64,000 nt of DNA from a virus, in the IMG/VR virus record IMGVR_UViG_3300031857_000018, positions 64,001 through 128,000 of that record; one strand, 5' to 3'. Below, piece by piece: positions 30,545-39,648 of this stretch (within the stretch, counting starts at the first letter, position 1; each line of letters begins with the position of its first letter). Made by a program: the position numbers and the translations under genes. The notes under the pieces were generated by a model, which ran no database searches, was not told the origin of the DNA, and was given only the letters and a program-made list of their open reading frames with translations.

Positions 30545-32314
30545 TTATAATTTTTTAACGCCAACGTGTATATGGTTATCATGATCTCCTTCTGGAGTAC
30601 GCCAACCAAATTGATATCGATATCCGTCTTTATTAACATTAAACCATTTCCCACCTTTGTATTCCGGATGACCAAACCAATTCATGATGTGTGCTAGTAG
30701 TTCATCACCTTTAGCTAAATTTTCTGGGGTTGGTTTACCGGTAAACAAATCTACTGCGTATTTATTTAAACTACCAACCCAATGGTCTGATGTGGCACCA
30801 GAGCTAGTTTTAACTGTGGTTCGCTTTTGGGATGTAACAATGTTTTTACCAACAAATTTATTTGCAACATTTGCAACTTCTAAAGCTTTTTGCATTGAGC
30901 CGGCCCAATCACCGTCAATGCCACCTGGGGTAACTTTACCGGAATCAACAGCACCTTGTGGTAATCCAAATGTAGATGCAGCGACGGTAGCTAGCGTACC
31001 AGTGCCTAATATCCCAGACATCACATTGGTTAAATTGGTCCAATCAGTCTCAGCATCTTTTTCATCTTTTGCATCTGCTGGCGCTGTTGTATCAAAAAAT
31101 TCCCTTGCATATTTTTTACGCTTATCGTATGTTGCTTGATTTGCTTTTGGACGTTCAAATTTCTTACAAAACATATCCGCAGCTTCTTCTGGATCTTCTG
31201 TGGTTTTCAATGTTTTATACAAAGAGTTATATGTTGGTTTTGATAATTCCCACAACAAGAAATCTAATTGGCCTTCAATTGAATATGGATCTTTACCATT
31301 TTGCTTAGAATACTGAATTAATCCATTTTTACCGGTCCAACGATCATTATGCCATTGAGCTAATCCAATCGATGTTCCATGGTCACCTTTAATCGTAGTA
31401 CTAAACGTCCCAGCTGATTCAACATATAAATTTGCAGTAACGCCTGCTGCGCCTGCATCGGATAATCCTTTTGATTTCAGATAATCTATAATCGTTTTTG
31501 CAGTGCCTCTTTGTTCGGTACCAACTGTAACTTTTGTATTGTCGACAGCTACTATCGGGGCAACTACAGGTGCAACTTTTAGTGCTTCAATTTTATCATC
31601 AACTTTACCTGCTCGAATTTCATCTTTAGTAGCAACAATACCACGTTTATTTAGTTTTTGCTGTATGTCATCAATATCATATTTTTTACCAGCAACAGTT
31701 ACTGTCTCAGCAGCCGAGTCTTCCGAATCAGTGGATCTGCTAGGTATAGTATCAGATAGTACGGAAATCGCAGCTTTAAAGAGTTTGGAGTTTGCTTCCT
31801 GATTTAAATCGTTTCCAGATTTTGAAAAATATTCTCGTTTATCAGTTAAAAAATTAATATCAATAATATCATCCGCATCAGCATTAGTTGTTAACCAATT
31901 ATTAATCGTGTTAATCTTTTTTTCAAATTTTTCGTCTACCTGATCTTTTTTATTGTCAATATAATCAAAACTAGGTATAGTGCATAAAATACATTTAACG
32001 TCTGCTTTTTGGGCAAATCTAATTATTAATCGAAAATTTTCAATTATGTTTAGCAATGTCTTGTTTTCATTGCGACCACTACAAAAAACAACAACAGCAT
32101 TATAACCGTTATTAATTTCATTGCGCACGGTGTTCATCATTGATTCTGAATCAGCACCTGGTTCAATAAATTTAGCGCCATCGATTGTTTGTAATCGAAA
32201 TAAACGATTCATGAAACTATATTTAGGTTTTGAGAATTGATCACCTACTAATAATACACGAGCCGTTTCTGGAGCCGGTTTGTCTTCGAATAATAAAGAT
32301 TTTAATCGTATCAT
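30545..32314 (-). CDS. Multidomain virion hydrolase: SGNH/GDSL-like + phage-tail-lysozyme-like + M15-like peptidase
   Basis: MIRLK tag; LLVGD..S, G.N; AAGV.ANL..ES, GLAQW...R, QLDFL..EL, FERP; SDH.....AVDL and HDNHIHV motifs. Confidence 0.72.
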   Translation of the reverse strand: MIRLKSLLFEDKPAPETARVLLVGDQFSKPKYSFMNRLFRLQTIDGAKFIEPGADSESMMNTVRNEINNGYNAVVVFCSGRNENKTLLNIIENFRLIIRFAQKADVKCILCTIPSFDYIDNKKDQVDEKFEKKINTINNWLTTNADADDIIDINFLTDKREYFSKSGNDLNQEANSKLFKAAISVLSDTIPSRSTDSEDSAAETVTVAGKKYDIDDIQQKLNKRGIVATKDEIRAGKVDDKIEALKVAPVVAPIVAVDNTKVTVGTEQRGTAKTIIDYLKSKGLSDAGAAGVTANLYVESAGTFSTTIKGDHGTSIGLAQWHNDRWTGKNGLIQYSKQNGKDPYSIEGQLDFLLWELSKPTYNSLYKTLKTTEDPEEAADMFCKKFERPKANQATYDKRKKYAREFFDTTAPADAKDEKDAETDWTNLTNVMSGILGTGTLATVAASTFGLPQGAVDSGKVTPGGIDGDWAGSMQKALEVANVANKFVGKNIVTSQKRTTVKTSSGATSDHWVGSLNKYAVDLFTGKPTPENLAKGDELLAHIMNWFGHPEYKGGKWFNVNKDGYRYQFGWRTPEGDHDNHIHVGVKKL

Positions 32315-32457
32315 CTGCCTTGAGCTACATATGATTTAACGTAATTTGTGGCATTCTTGCTTGAACTGGTTTTAGTTTTTGCATGAATACCTGGACGTTT
32401 AACCTTTGGTTTTTTAATGTGTACTTTTACATTACTTGTTTTTACTTTCGCTGCCAT
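32311..32457 (-). CDS. Small basic protein (48 aa, not in ORF track)
   Basis: Manual translation MAAKVKTSNVKVHIKKPKVKRPGIHAKTKTSSSKNATNYVKSYVAQGR; ATGA overlap with the next gene. Confidence 0.6.
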   Translation of the reverse strand: MAAKVKTSNVKVHIKKPKVKRPGIHAKTKTSSSKNATNYVKSYVAQGR

Positions 32458-32637
32458 AGCTGTTACCTTTACATGTTACTAATTCATAAACTGCATATAA
32501 CCCACCGATAACCATTATGGCACAACCGATAATAAAAGCAAATAACCTATTCATATTAATAAATATCAAACAGTAAAAAAACCCGGGCCGCGATAGCCCG
32601 AGTCTTAACTATATTCGCCTAAGGTAGCAGACGCTCT

Positions 32638-33018
32638 TTATTTCTTGAATGTTTCTCTTAAAATATAATCATTGCCTTTAAGATTGCGAAGGATTCTTTG
32701 TTCTAAAGGAATTTCACGCATTTCTTGCAAACCTGATTTTTTAATTAAAGTAGATTCATTTTTTTCTTCTTTATCAGCAAAAGCTTTTTTCATTGATTCT
32801 TCTTCATCACCATCATTATCGGCATCGATATAATCTGGTCTTGCTGACTCATCTACATCTGATTCTTCTGATTCATCATTGAATGGCATATTCAATTCTG
32901 CTTCCTCACGCAGTTTGGCTTCGTATGCTGCGGTTGTATCTGCGAGGGTAGGAAGGGGCTTACCTTCTTCGCGTTCCCAGGCATACCCTTCGTTTAATAT
33001 TGATTTTAGTTTGATCAT
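32638..33018 (-). CDS. Acidic putative internal head protein (MIKLKSILNE tag; start reassigned to 33018)
   Basis: Late motif and AAAGGAA leader precede ATG 33018; DADNDGD Ca-binding-like loop. Confidence 0.65.
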   Translation of the reverse strand: MIKLKSILNEGYAWEREEGKPLPTLADTTAAYEAKLREEAELNMPFNDESEESDVDESARPDYIDADNDGDEEESMKKAFADKEEKNESTLIKKSGLQEMREIPLEQRILRNLKGNDYILRETFKK

Positions 33019-33097
33019 TTTAGTTCCTTTATTATAAATATGTAGTACGTTGTAAACCAATTACAAAATAAGTGCGCCCTTCCAGGGCCGCACAAAG

Positions 33098-33667
33098 TTA
33101 CATGCTTGGATCGGCCGGAGTATCAATGCCAGATGCATCGGGTCGGGCTTGACCCTGTTTGCGCACCAAGTACAATTTTGTTGATCCATGCTCTACACGG
33201 AAATCGCTCAGATCCGGATTGGTTTGTAGGAAGCGGGCATATATGCGTGATTTTTGTTGCTCCTTGTCCGGGTTGTTGTCTCCTCCAGTTATATCAATCA
33301 CATCTACCGCCGCATGCGTATCCGCAAAATCGCGAATTGCAAGCCCAATAGTTTTGAAAAACCGCAGCGTGTTCGTCTCACCAGCAGCTGCGCTACTACG
33401 AGCCGATGTAGTCCAATTGGCCCGGGCGTCTCGAACAGCAGCCATTTGACGATCTTGGGTAAAGAAAGCAAATTGCCATTCTCCCGTGTCCCCGAATTGA
33501 GAACGATAGTAGTGGTCGAACTTGATCAGGATGGGGTGGGCATCGGCTTGGATCTGCGTTTCGAAACTTTTGGCATCGCCCCAACGATCACGCCACGTGA
33601 ACTGCGTTGTGTATGGTTGAACCCCAGCTAACGAGATTTCCGCAAGTAAGTTGCTTAATCGTATCAT
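33098..33667 (-). CDS. Putative internal head protein (MIRLSNLLAE tag; start reassigned to 33667)
   Basis: Tag at ATG 33667; distant paralog of 34116..34577. Confidence 0.65.
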   Translation of the reverse strand: MIRLSNLLAEISLAGVQPYTTQFTWRDRWGDAKSFETQIQADAHPILIKFDHYYRSQFGDTGEWQFAFFTQDRQMAAVRDARANWTTSARSSAAAGETNTLRFFKTIGLAIRDFADTHAAVDVIDITGGDNNPDKEQQKSRIYARFLQTNPDLSDFRVEHGSTKLYLVRKQGQARPDASGIDTPADPSM

Positions 33668-33668
33668 G

Positions 33669-34055
33669 TCATGATAATAGTTTTTTGCGTTGCATGTCCC
33701 GAATGCTTTGTTTGTGCCATTTAGTTGCAAGATCCATTCTACTAGCAACAAATTGAAGCAATGATTGACCTTTGCTGTTTTTTGGCGATTTCATCCACAA
33801 GTTGTTAACGCGTGTGTAAAGACCTTTTTTTCGTGACATTGCAATGAACGCTGCTTCCACAGCAGCTTCTTGCGTACCTAACAAGTTGTCAGTGAAACGC
33901 AGAATTATGCGCAGAATGTCCGCAGGATTAACTAGACCCTCAATAGTGCGATATGGAATTCCAAGATCGATTCCAGCACGTGGATCAGACCCAATAGCTC
34001 CAATGATTTTATCTAGCATTGATTGTTCTGTTAATATGTGTTTTAAACGTATCAT
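33669..34055 (-). CDS. Putative internal head protein (MIRLKHILTE tag; start reassigned to 34055)
   Basis: Late motif and AAAGGAAACA leader precede ATG 34055. Confidence 0.65.
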   Translation of the reverse strand: MIRLKHILTEQSMLDKIIGAIGSDPRAGIDLGIPYRTIEGLVNPADILRIILRFTDNLLGTQEAAVEAAFIAMSRKKGLYTRVNNLWMKSPKNSKGQSLLQFVASRMDLATKWHKQSIRDMQRKKLLS

Positions 34056-34115
34056 TGTTTCCTTTATATATAAATATTGTTTCCGCATAAATGCTGGAAA
34101 CGATTCACAGCCACG

Positions 34116-34577
34116 CTATTTGTCTTTTATTCCCGTCCAATCATAACTAGTACTCGACCCACCATCACGTTCCAATTCCATGTACGATGCAGTTTCCTGT
34201 GATATAGAATACCCACGCAAAGCGCGCAGCACATAAGCCCGGTATAAACGCATTCTGCGTGGATCAGATTTGGCTACTCCGAACACCACTGTTTCAGGAC
34301 GCCACTTCTCCACTGCCTTGCGGGCAATCTCAACTATGGTGCTCATTACACGGTACACATCCGATTCCGCGGTCTCCACATCATGATCCCATCCGCCTTG
34401 TGGGTTCTTCGTAGCAAACGCAATTTCCATGACCTCATCAGATCCATATGGAAATGACACTTGATACATGGTACCACGCTCTGTTTCGAAATAGGCTTCT
34501 CCGTTGTACATGTTGTATGGGTATGGTGTCGCCGTGCCTTCCCCTATCTCTGCTAGTATGTGTTTAAGACGTATCAT
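34116..34577 (-). CDS. Putative internal head protein (MIRLKHILAE tag)
   Basis: Tag present; RVMSTIVEI...R.RLY parallels RFFKTIGLA...SRIY in 33098. Confidence 0.65.
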   Translation of the reverse strand: MIRLKHILAEIGEGTATPYPYNMYNGEAYFETERGTMYQVSFPYGSDEVMEIAFATKNPQGGWDHDVETAESDVYRVMSTIVEIARKAVEKWRPETVVFGVAKSDPRRMRLYRAYVLRALRGYSISQETASYMELERDGGSSTSYDWTGIKDK

Positions 34578-34580
34578 GTA

Positions 34581-34880
34581 TTACATGTTGTTTGCATTTA
34601 TAAACATGAACAATGGATTTTGTTCAACATATACATCAAATACATTGGCTGCAAAGTCAGGACGTTGTGCGATTGGATACTTTGTTTTGATTGCTTCGAG
34701 ATCTGTTTTTAAATACGAATCTAGATTTTGAAGTTTTCCTTCATTGTATAATTGCAATGCCATACCAACAATTTTAACTTTTTCTTGTGAAGTTAAAGCT
34801 TTTGGCATTTTAATATCTGCTTCATTAAGTGATGTATTATTTAAATAACGTTTCCAATTGTTTAAATATGGTTTATTCAT
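34581..34880 (-). CDS. Hypothetical late protein
   Basis: Late motif upstream; WKRYL...LNE N-terminus. Confidence 0.55.
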   Translation of the reverse strand: MNKPYLNNWKRYLNNTSLNEADIKMPKALTSQEKVKIVGMALQLYNEGKLQNLDSYLKTDLEAIKTKYPIAQRPDFAANVFDVYVEQNPLFMFINANNM

Positions 34881-35033
34881 GTTGTTCCTTTTTTAATAAT
34901 AAATATAGAGCATACCGAGTATATGGGCGTGTACAAGGTGTATAGGGAGGTAGAATACTTATATGCACCGCATATCCTAATAAAGAGCACCTATATAGCA
35001 AAAAAATTAACCGTGCTAGAAAAATATATATAA

Positions 35034-35187
35034 CCACCCACCGTATCAAGGGGGTGTTCTACCCCTTAACTAAACCCACCCCTACCCCCCTGTTTTGGGG
35101 GGGCTTACCGGGGGCTAAACCAGGGGGGCTGCCCCAGTAAAATAGGGGGGCTATTACACCCCCCTTCAAACCCCTAAGGGCCTCTCC
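35034..35187. repeat. G-tract/C-tract non-coding element
   Basis: Five G5-G7 runs interleaved with C4-C6 runs forming several short inverted repeats in an otherwise AT-rich genome. Confidence 0.8.
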
Positions 35188-35217
35188 TTTATATATAAGG
35201 TCTATGTCGGCTGCTGC

Positions 35218-35460
35218 TTACACGGGACAAGCTATCTGCTGTGGGAACAGGTTCAATGCATGCATCTGCGCTGGCGGCATGCTCGGTATGCCTAACGCCT
35301 CGCGGAGGTCATACAATGTGGCCCACTGCGTACGGCTGCGGGTTACCTGGTCCATTGTGATGCTGCTGTCGCGGCCTGCTGCTGCATCCAAGTCGCGGTA
35401 GTGTTTCCATGCGCGGGCTTCTGCTAACTGGATGTCTTTAATCATTTGTGCTTTTGTCAT
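35218..35460 (-). CDS. Early hypothetical protein
   Basis: AAGAGAGACA-ATG leader. Confidence 0.65.
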   Translation of the reverse strand: MTKAQMIKDIQLAEARAWKHYRDLDAAAGRDSSITMDQVTRSRTQWATLYDLREALGIPSMPPAQMHALNLFPQQIACPV

Positions 35461-35511
35461 TGTCTCTCTTTTTATATTAGGTTAATTGGGTTACTTGGGT
35501 TGCTGTGTTAA

Positions 35512-35718
35512 TTAGTCTAGCATATCTGCTGCTGCGCCACCTGCCATGATGCCGGCAAACAATGTTGCTGCTGCTCCTACCGGTACTACCAATGCTGCTA
35601 CTGCTAAGCCGGCTACTGGAAGAATTGCTAGGAAGGTTAATGCGGTTGCTGCTGCGATGCTTAATACGACTGCTGCGACTGCTACTACTGCTGCGATAAC
35701 TTTGATTTCGTTTTTCAT
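35512..35718 (-). CDS. Early small membrane protein
   Basis: Two Ala/Val-rich TM segments; own promoter and GAGAGAGAT-ATG leader. Confidence 0.65.
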   Translation of the reverse strand: MKNEIKVIAAVVAVAAVVLSIAAATALTFLAILPVAGLAVAALVVPVGAAATLFAGIMAGGAAADMLD

Positions 35719-35847
35719 ATCTCTCTCTTTTAATTTTAATAAAGATAAGGTTTATTCTGATAGGATCCTAATCTTTTGTTACTTTTTTTACTGCAGAAAT
35801 CCGACGCCATTTCTGACGCCGGTTCCTTATTTGAGAGATATGTTTTC

Positions 35848-36795
35848 CTATTCTGCTGCGATGATTTGCTCTGCTACCATCATTGTGGGATCCTCAAAGC
35901 CCATTGCACATATGCGGGCTGCTTTAATAAAGCTTCTGAGGTTGATGTCAATACCCGCATATTTTTTATCCAGGTCCTTCATAATGCTGAGTGCCTGCTG
36001 CTTCGCTGCCAATGGGATGCTAGGCTCCATTGTCGACATCAATTGCTCCATGCGGGTAAACATCTGCGTGGTGTTCATTGAGATGTCTGACACAAAGCTG
36101 CGTGAGCGAATTGCTGCATCCAATTTTGATTGGTGGATGTTGCTGATGAAGATAACACGGCCGGTGAACTCAAAGTGTGCCGGGATAGGCTCGCCAAACT
36201 CATCCTTAAGCGGCTTGCTTGAGATATAAGAGATCTTGCGTGTGTCATAGCTATCCAACGCCGCCTTCAAAAGGTTCACTGCATCCTCGTCTTTGAATAC
36301 CGAGTCACAGTCATCAAAGATAACAATCTTGTCGGAGTTCTGGTAAAGGGTAATAAACAACCCGGCTGCTGTGGTGCGCCCTTTAAAGTGAACAAACTCA
36401 TATGACTCTCGCAAGCCCATTCCCTTAAGCGTCTCCTTAACCAGGTGCGTCTTACCAACACCCGCCATACCTGTGATTACCAATGACGGTTGGATTCCGC
36501 GACCCACCATCTTTGTCAGACGAGTAAGGTTGTCAAACATTACCTCAGGATCTCTGCTCTCCACCACTGACAGGAAAGACATCTTAGCCGGTGCTGCCGG
36601 TGCTACCGATACTCCTGCCGTTGCTGCTGCTACTCTAACAACACGCCCATTTGCTCCAACCATCAACACTTCGCGGTTGGCTTCTGCACTGCGCAATTGC
36701 ACGTCGCGGATTAAACCCTTTGGCGCGAACTCACCTGTGTTAACATTCTTCGCCATTAACTTCCCTTTTACTCTTACTGCTTCAAATACGTTCAT
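35848..36795 (-). CDS. AAA+ ATPase
   Basis: Walker A GMAGVGKT, Walker B IVIFDDCD, sensor-1 FISN, Arg finger AIRSR. Confidence 0.88.
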   Translation of the reverse strand: MNVFEAVRVKGKLMAKNVNTGEFAPKGLIRDVQLRSAEANREVLMVGANGRVVRVAAATAGVSVAPAAPAKMSFLSVVESRDPEVMFDNLTRLTKMVGRGIQPSLVITGMAGVGKTHLVKETLKGMGLRESYEFVHFKGRTTAAGLFITLYQNSDKIVIFDDCDSVFKDEDAVNLLKAALDSYDTRKISYISSKPLKDEFGEPIPAHFEFTGRVIFISNIHQSKLDAAIRSRSFVSDISMNTTQMFTRMEQLMSTMEPSIPLAAKQQALSIMKDLDKKYAGIDINLRSFIKAARICAMGFEDPTMMVAEQIIAAE

Positions 36796-36929
36796 CTCTC
36801 TTATATGGTATTTAATTAAATGCTCTTAAGGCCTTTCCCTAATTGCTTACATAAAAATAAGGCAAATTCTGATAGGATCCTAATCTTTTGCAAACTTTTT
36901 TTAACTTTTTTTCCTGGTAGGATCCAGGC

Positions 36930-37472
36930 CTATTCGACCCGGAAGATTGCTAAGGCTTTGCGCTGATCTCTACCCTTTGTCAGGAACAATGCATCCAATT
37001 GGTCAGCGTTGTCATATATCTTTCCGTCTCGGATTGCTAGGGCATGCTTTGCCACTATCACAATAAAGGATCCTTTCGGATGCTGAGCTAAGAACTTGCC
37101 TACGGTGAATCCTGAGAAGGTGCCTCCTCCCTTCGGGTACTTCAGGTTAAGCAACACTCCACGCTCCTTTGCCTTAGCCGGTGTGATTGGAGTGCGGCTA
37201 AAGGTTCCTAATGGACGGATCTCTTTGCCGGCCAACTTCTCTCCAGCGGTTGCCATTGTCTTAAGCTTCATCGGTGCACCCAATGTGCCTTTACCTCTTT
37301 GGCGGCCGAATCGGCTAGCAACCAACTCGTGTGCTTCGTCATAGCTAACCTGGCATGCATTCATCACTGCTCGAACGAAGCAGTCATTGTTCTCGCCTTT
37401 AGCCTTCTTGTCTGTGTCCTGGATAGCTGCGCTTCCTACTACGAACTTCATTTTGAAATCAACCTTTTTCAT
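36930..37472 (-). CDS. Early hypothetical protein (possible Cys-His papain-like fold)
   Basis: NDCFVRA...HALAI.DG..YD. Confidence 0.55.
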   Translation of the reverse strand: MKKVDFKMKFVVGSAAIQDTDKKAKGENNDCFVRAVMNACQVSYDEAHELVASRFGRQRGKGTLGAPMKLKTMATAGEKLAGKEIRPLGTFSRTPITPAKAKERGVLLNLKYPKGGGTFSGFTVGKFLAQHPKGSFIVIVAKHALAIRDGKIYDNADQLDALFLTKGRDQRKALAIFRVE

Positions 37473-37519
37473 ATATCTCTCTTTTATTTGATTACGTGGG
37501 TTACTCAGTTAGTGGATTC

Positions 37520-37708
37520 TTATGCCATATCATCCGACACATCCAACACTGTCCATTTTACATTCTGCTGGATGTATTCCGTTACATCTTCCGGATCGAA
37601 TCCATCTGCTACCAATGCACGTGTAATGCTAGCCGTTGCCATTTGCAATTGCGTCATTGCCTCTGTGCTAACCAATCCATCCATTCTGTCAAACATTTCT
37701 TTTGTCAT
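37520..37708 (-). CDS. Early hypothetical protein (start reassigned to 37708)
   Basis: Promoter and leader precede MTKEMFD. Confidence 0.65.
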   Translation of the reverse strand: MTKEMFDRMDGLVSTEAMTQLQMATASITRALVADGFDPEDVTEYIQQNVKWTVLDVSDDMA

Positions 37709-37788
37709 ATCTCTCTCTTTTAATTTTAATAAAGATAAGAAAAAAAAGAACACGTGTCAAGCATTTCGGTAACTTTTTTTAAACTTTT

Positions 37789-37995
37789 TTATAGGCCGGA
37801 AAACTCCCCATCTACGAACAATAAGGCTTCTCCAGGCTCTAGTCCGGCAACTGTGATATTGAGGTAACCGTCATTGGGATCCGAGATGTTGTCCATATCG
37901 AGGACCATATAGTCGACTCTTTGTTGATCCAATATTGTCAGGAACCCTTTTGCCTGGAAGGCTTCTGCTGTTGCGATGATGTCTTGTCTTGTCAT
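37789..37995 (-). CDS. Early hypothetical protein
   Basis: AGAGAC-ATG leader. Confidence 0.6.
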   Translation of the reverse strand: MTRQDIIATAEAFQAKGFLTILDQQRVDYMVLDMDNISDPNDGYLNITVAGLEPGEALLFVDGEFSGL

Positions 37996-38068
37996 GTCTC
38001 TGTGTGTTTCTCACGTCCGCAAGGGCCGACATTTCTGCCGACCCGGGACTCATATTGAGAGACATGAT

Positions 38069-38521
38069 TTACTCTTCTTCGTCGGTCGGTGTAAACTCCG
38101 TAAACCCGATGGTTAATGTGTGGCCCATTGACCCGTCCCAACCCGGTGCTGGTTGATCGTCGTCAGCTTCCTCCTCGTCAGCTTCCTCGTCCTCCTCAAG
38201 CACAAACTCTGCTACTACTGCTTCCACGTGACTCATTATTTCATAGATGTCAATGTTAACCTCAGTGAGCTCGATGCGGTTGTCATAGTTAATCTCAAAG
38301 CACGCGCTGTCTTTGTCGATGATCGAGTCGCTATTGTAATCCAACGCTCTTTGGATCTTGTCGCCGATGGTTGCTGCGAGGTCCTCAGTGATCCCAAACA
38401 CTTTGACTGTCTTTTGCTCCGCCTCCAACTGCTGGATAAGCTCGATCACTTTGTCAATGTCAACTTGTGAAGACAACGCCTTTGCTCCTTCTAACTGTGC
38501 AATTAAATTTTCTTTTTTCAT
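38069..38521 (-). CDS. Early acidic hypothetical protein
   Basis: Own promoter; D/E-rich. Confidence 0.7.
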   Translation of the reverse strand: MKKENLIAQLEGAKALSSQVDIDKVIELIQQLEAEQKTVKVFGITEDLAATIGDKIQRALDYNSDSIIDKDSACFEINYDNRIELTEVNIDIYEIMSHVEAVVAEFVLEEDEEADEEEADDDQPAPGWDGSMGHTLTIGFTEFTPTDEEE

Positions 38522-38602
38522 ATCTCTTATTTTTTAATTTATATAAATTTAAGGTTAATTTTGATAGGATCCTAATCTTTTAGAAACTTTTTTGAAACTT
38601 TT

Positions 38603-38863
38603 TTAATTGAGGTTTATGCCGCGCTTAAGGTCCTCAGTTGCATTGTTTCGGTCAATCTTAGCGCTTAGCACTAGTGCTATTGCGTCTCCTAAATCATCCA
38701 AGTCACCGTCCTTTGTCTTTGCCACCAACAAGGTGATCATCAACAGACCCAACTTTTTGAACCCTTCGTCACCTGTGGTGATTGCTAGGGTGTTACACAA
38801 TTCAACTGCGCTTTCGATGTTGTCTACTAACTGCTTTGCCATTTTTTCATTCATCTCTCTCAT
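38603..38863 (-). CDS. Early hypothetical protein
   Basis: Own promoter. Confidence 0.6.
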   Translation of the reverse strand: MREMNEKMAKQLVDNIESAVELCNTLAITTGDEGFKKLGLLMITLLVAKTKDGDLDDLGDAIALVLSAKIDRNNATEDLKRGINLN

Positions 38864-38936
38864 TTGTCTTATTTTTTAATTTATATAAAGATAAGCATTT
38901 TTTTGTTCGGTGTCAACCTTTTTGTTAACTTTTTTT

Positions 38937-39167
38937 TTACTTGCTTTTGCACGGGCAAGACTCCGAGTGCACTACTCCACTGTCATGATTGACGCCATCA
39001 AATGCTAGGTACTCATGCCCGTCGAATTTAATTACTCGGATATCAATTCCTTGTATCTTGATAGGTTGTGATGGCGCTTCACAGCTTGTCAATAATGCTA
39101 CTACGCTGCCAAACAATACTAATCCCGTTCCGGCTACTACTAAGAATGTTTTCAATCGGTTTTTCAT
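38937..39167 (-). CDS. Early putative lipoprotein
   Basis: Hydrophobic stretch + LLTSC lipobox-like motif; DGHEY...GVVHSESCPC. Confidence 0.65.
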   Translation of the reverse strand: MKNRLKTFLVVAGTGLVLFGSVVALLTSCEAPSQPIKIQGIDIRVIKFDGHEYLAFDGVNHDSGVVHSESCPCKSK

Positions 39168-39238
39168 ATATCTCTCTTTTTAATTTTAATAAAGATAAGC
39201 AAAATAATGCTCGGATCCTAATCTTTTTGAAACTTTTT

Positions 39239-39403
39239 TTATCCGAAGAATCCTCCGCTTATAAGGATCCATATAAGGATCCCGGCGTTTATCAATGCTC
39301 CGAATATATTGAATTTGCCGGTTCTGGGCTTGCCATGCAAGTAAGCGGATGCTAATAGATTAAGTCCCATTATTACTAATAAAATGATTTGTGGTGCTCC
39401 CAT
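39239..39403 (-). CDS. Early small membrane protein (54 aa, not in ORF track)
   Basis: Manual translation MGAPQIILLVIMGLNLLASAYLHGKPRTGKFNIFGALINAGILIWILISGGFFG; AAGAGAGAAAC leader. Confidence 0.65.
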   Translation of the reverse strand: MGAPQIILLVIMGLNLLASAYLHGKPRTGKFNIFGALINAGILIWILISGGFFG

Positions 39404-39428
39404 GTTTCTCTCTTTTTTTTAAGGTTTA

Positions 39429-39569
39429 TTATTTTCTGCTATCAACTAAAAACATCCAAAATTTCGTGTCAGGATACTTTGCTTTGTATATCATGTAATC
39501 CACTCGGATCGCCACTGCCGCAATTGCTACTACGGCTCCGATCAATAATGCTAACTTCAACTTTCTCAT
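39429..39569 (-). CDS. Early small membrane protein (start reassigned to 39569)
   Basis: Promoter and leader precede MRKLKLALLIG. Confidence 0.6.
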   Translation of the reverse strand: MRKLKLALLIGAVVAIAAVAIRVDYMIYKAKYPDTKFWMFLVDSRK

Positions 39570-39648
39570 ATCTCTCTTTTTATAATACTTAAAGATAAGA
39601 ATAATATCAATGCGAGTCAACCTTTTTCCAAGAAAAGTTTCAACAAAG

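Noticed and set aside
35546-36229. 227-aa plus-strand ORF and other plus-strand ORFs overlapping minus-strand genes
   Set aside because: They are antisense shadows of well-supported minus-strand genes, with no promoter or recognisable motifs.
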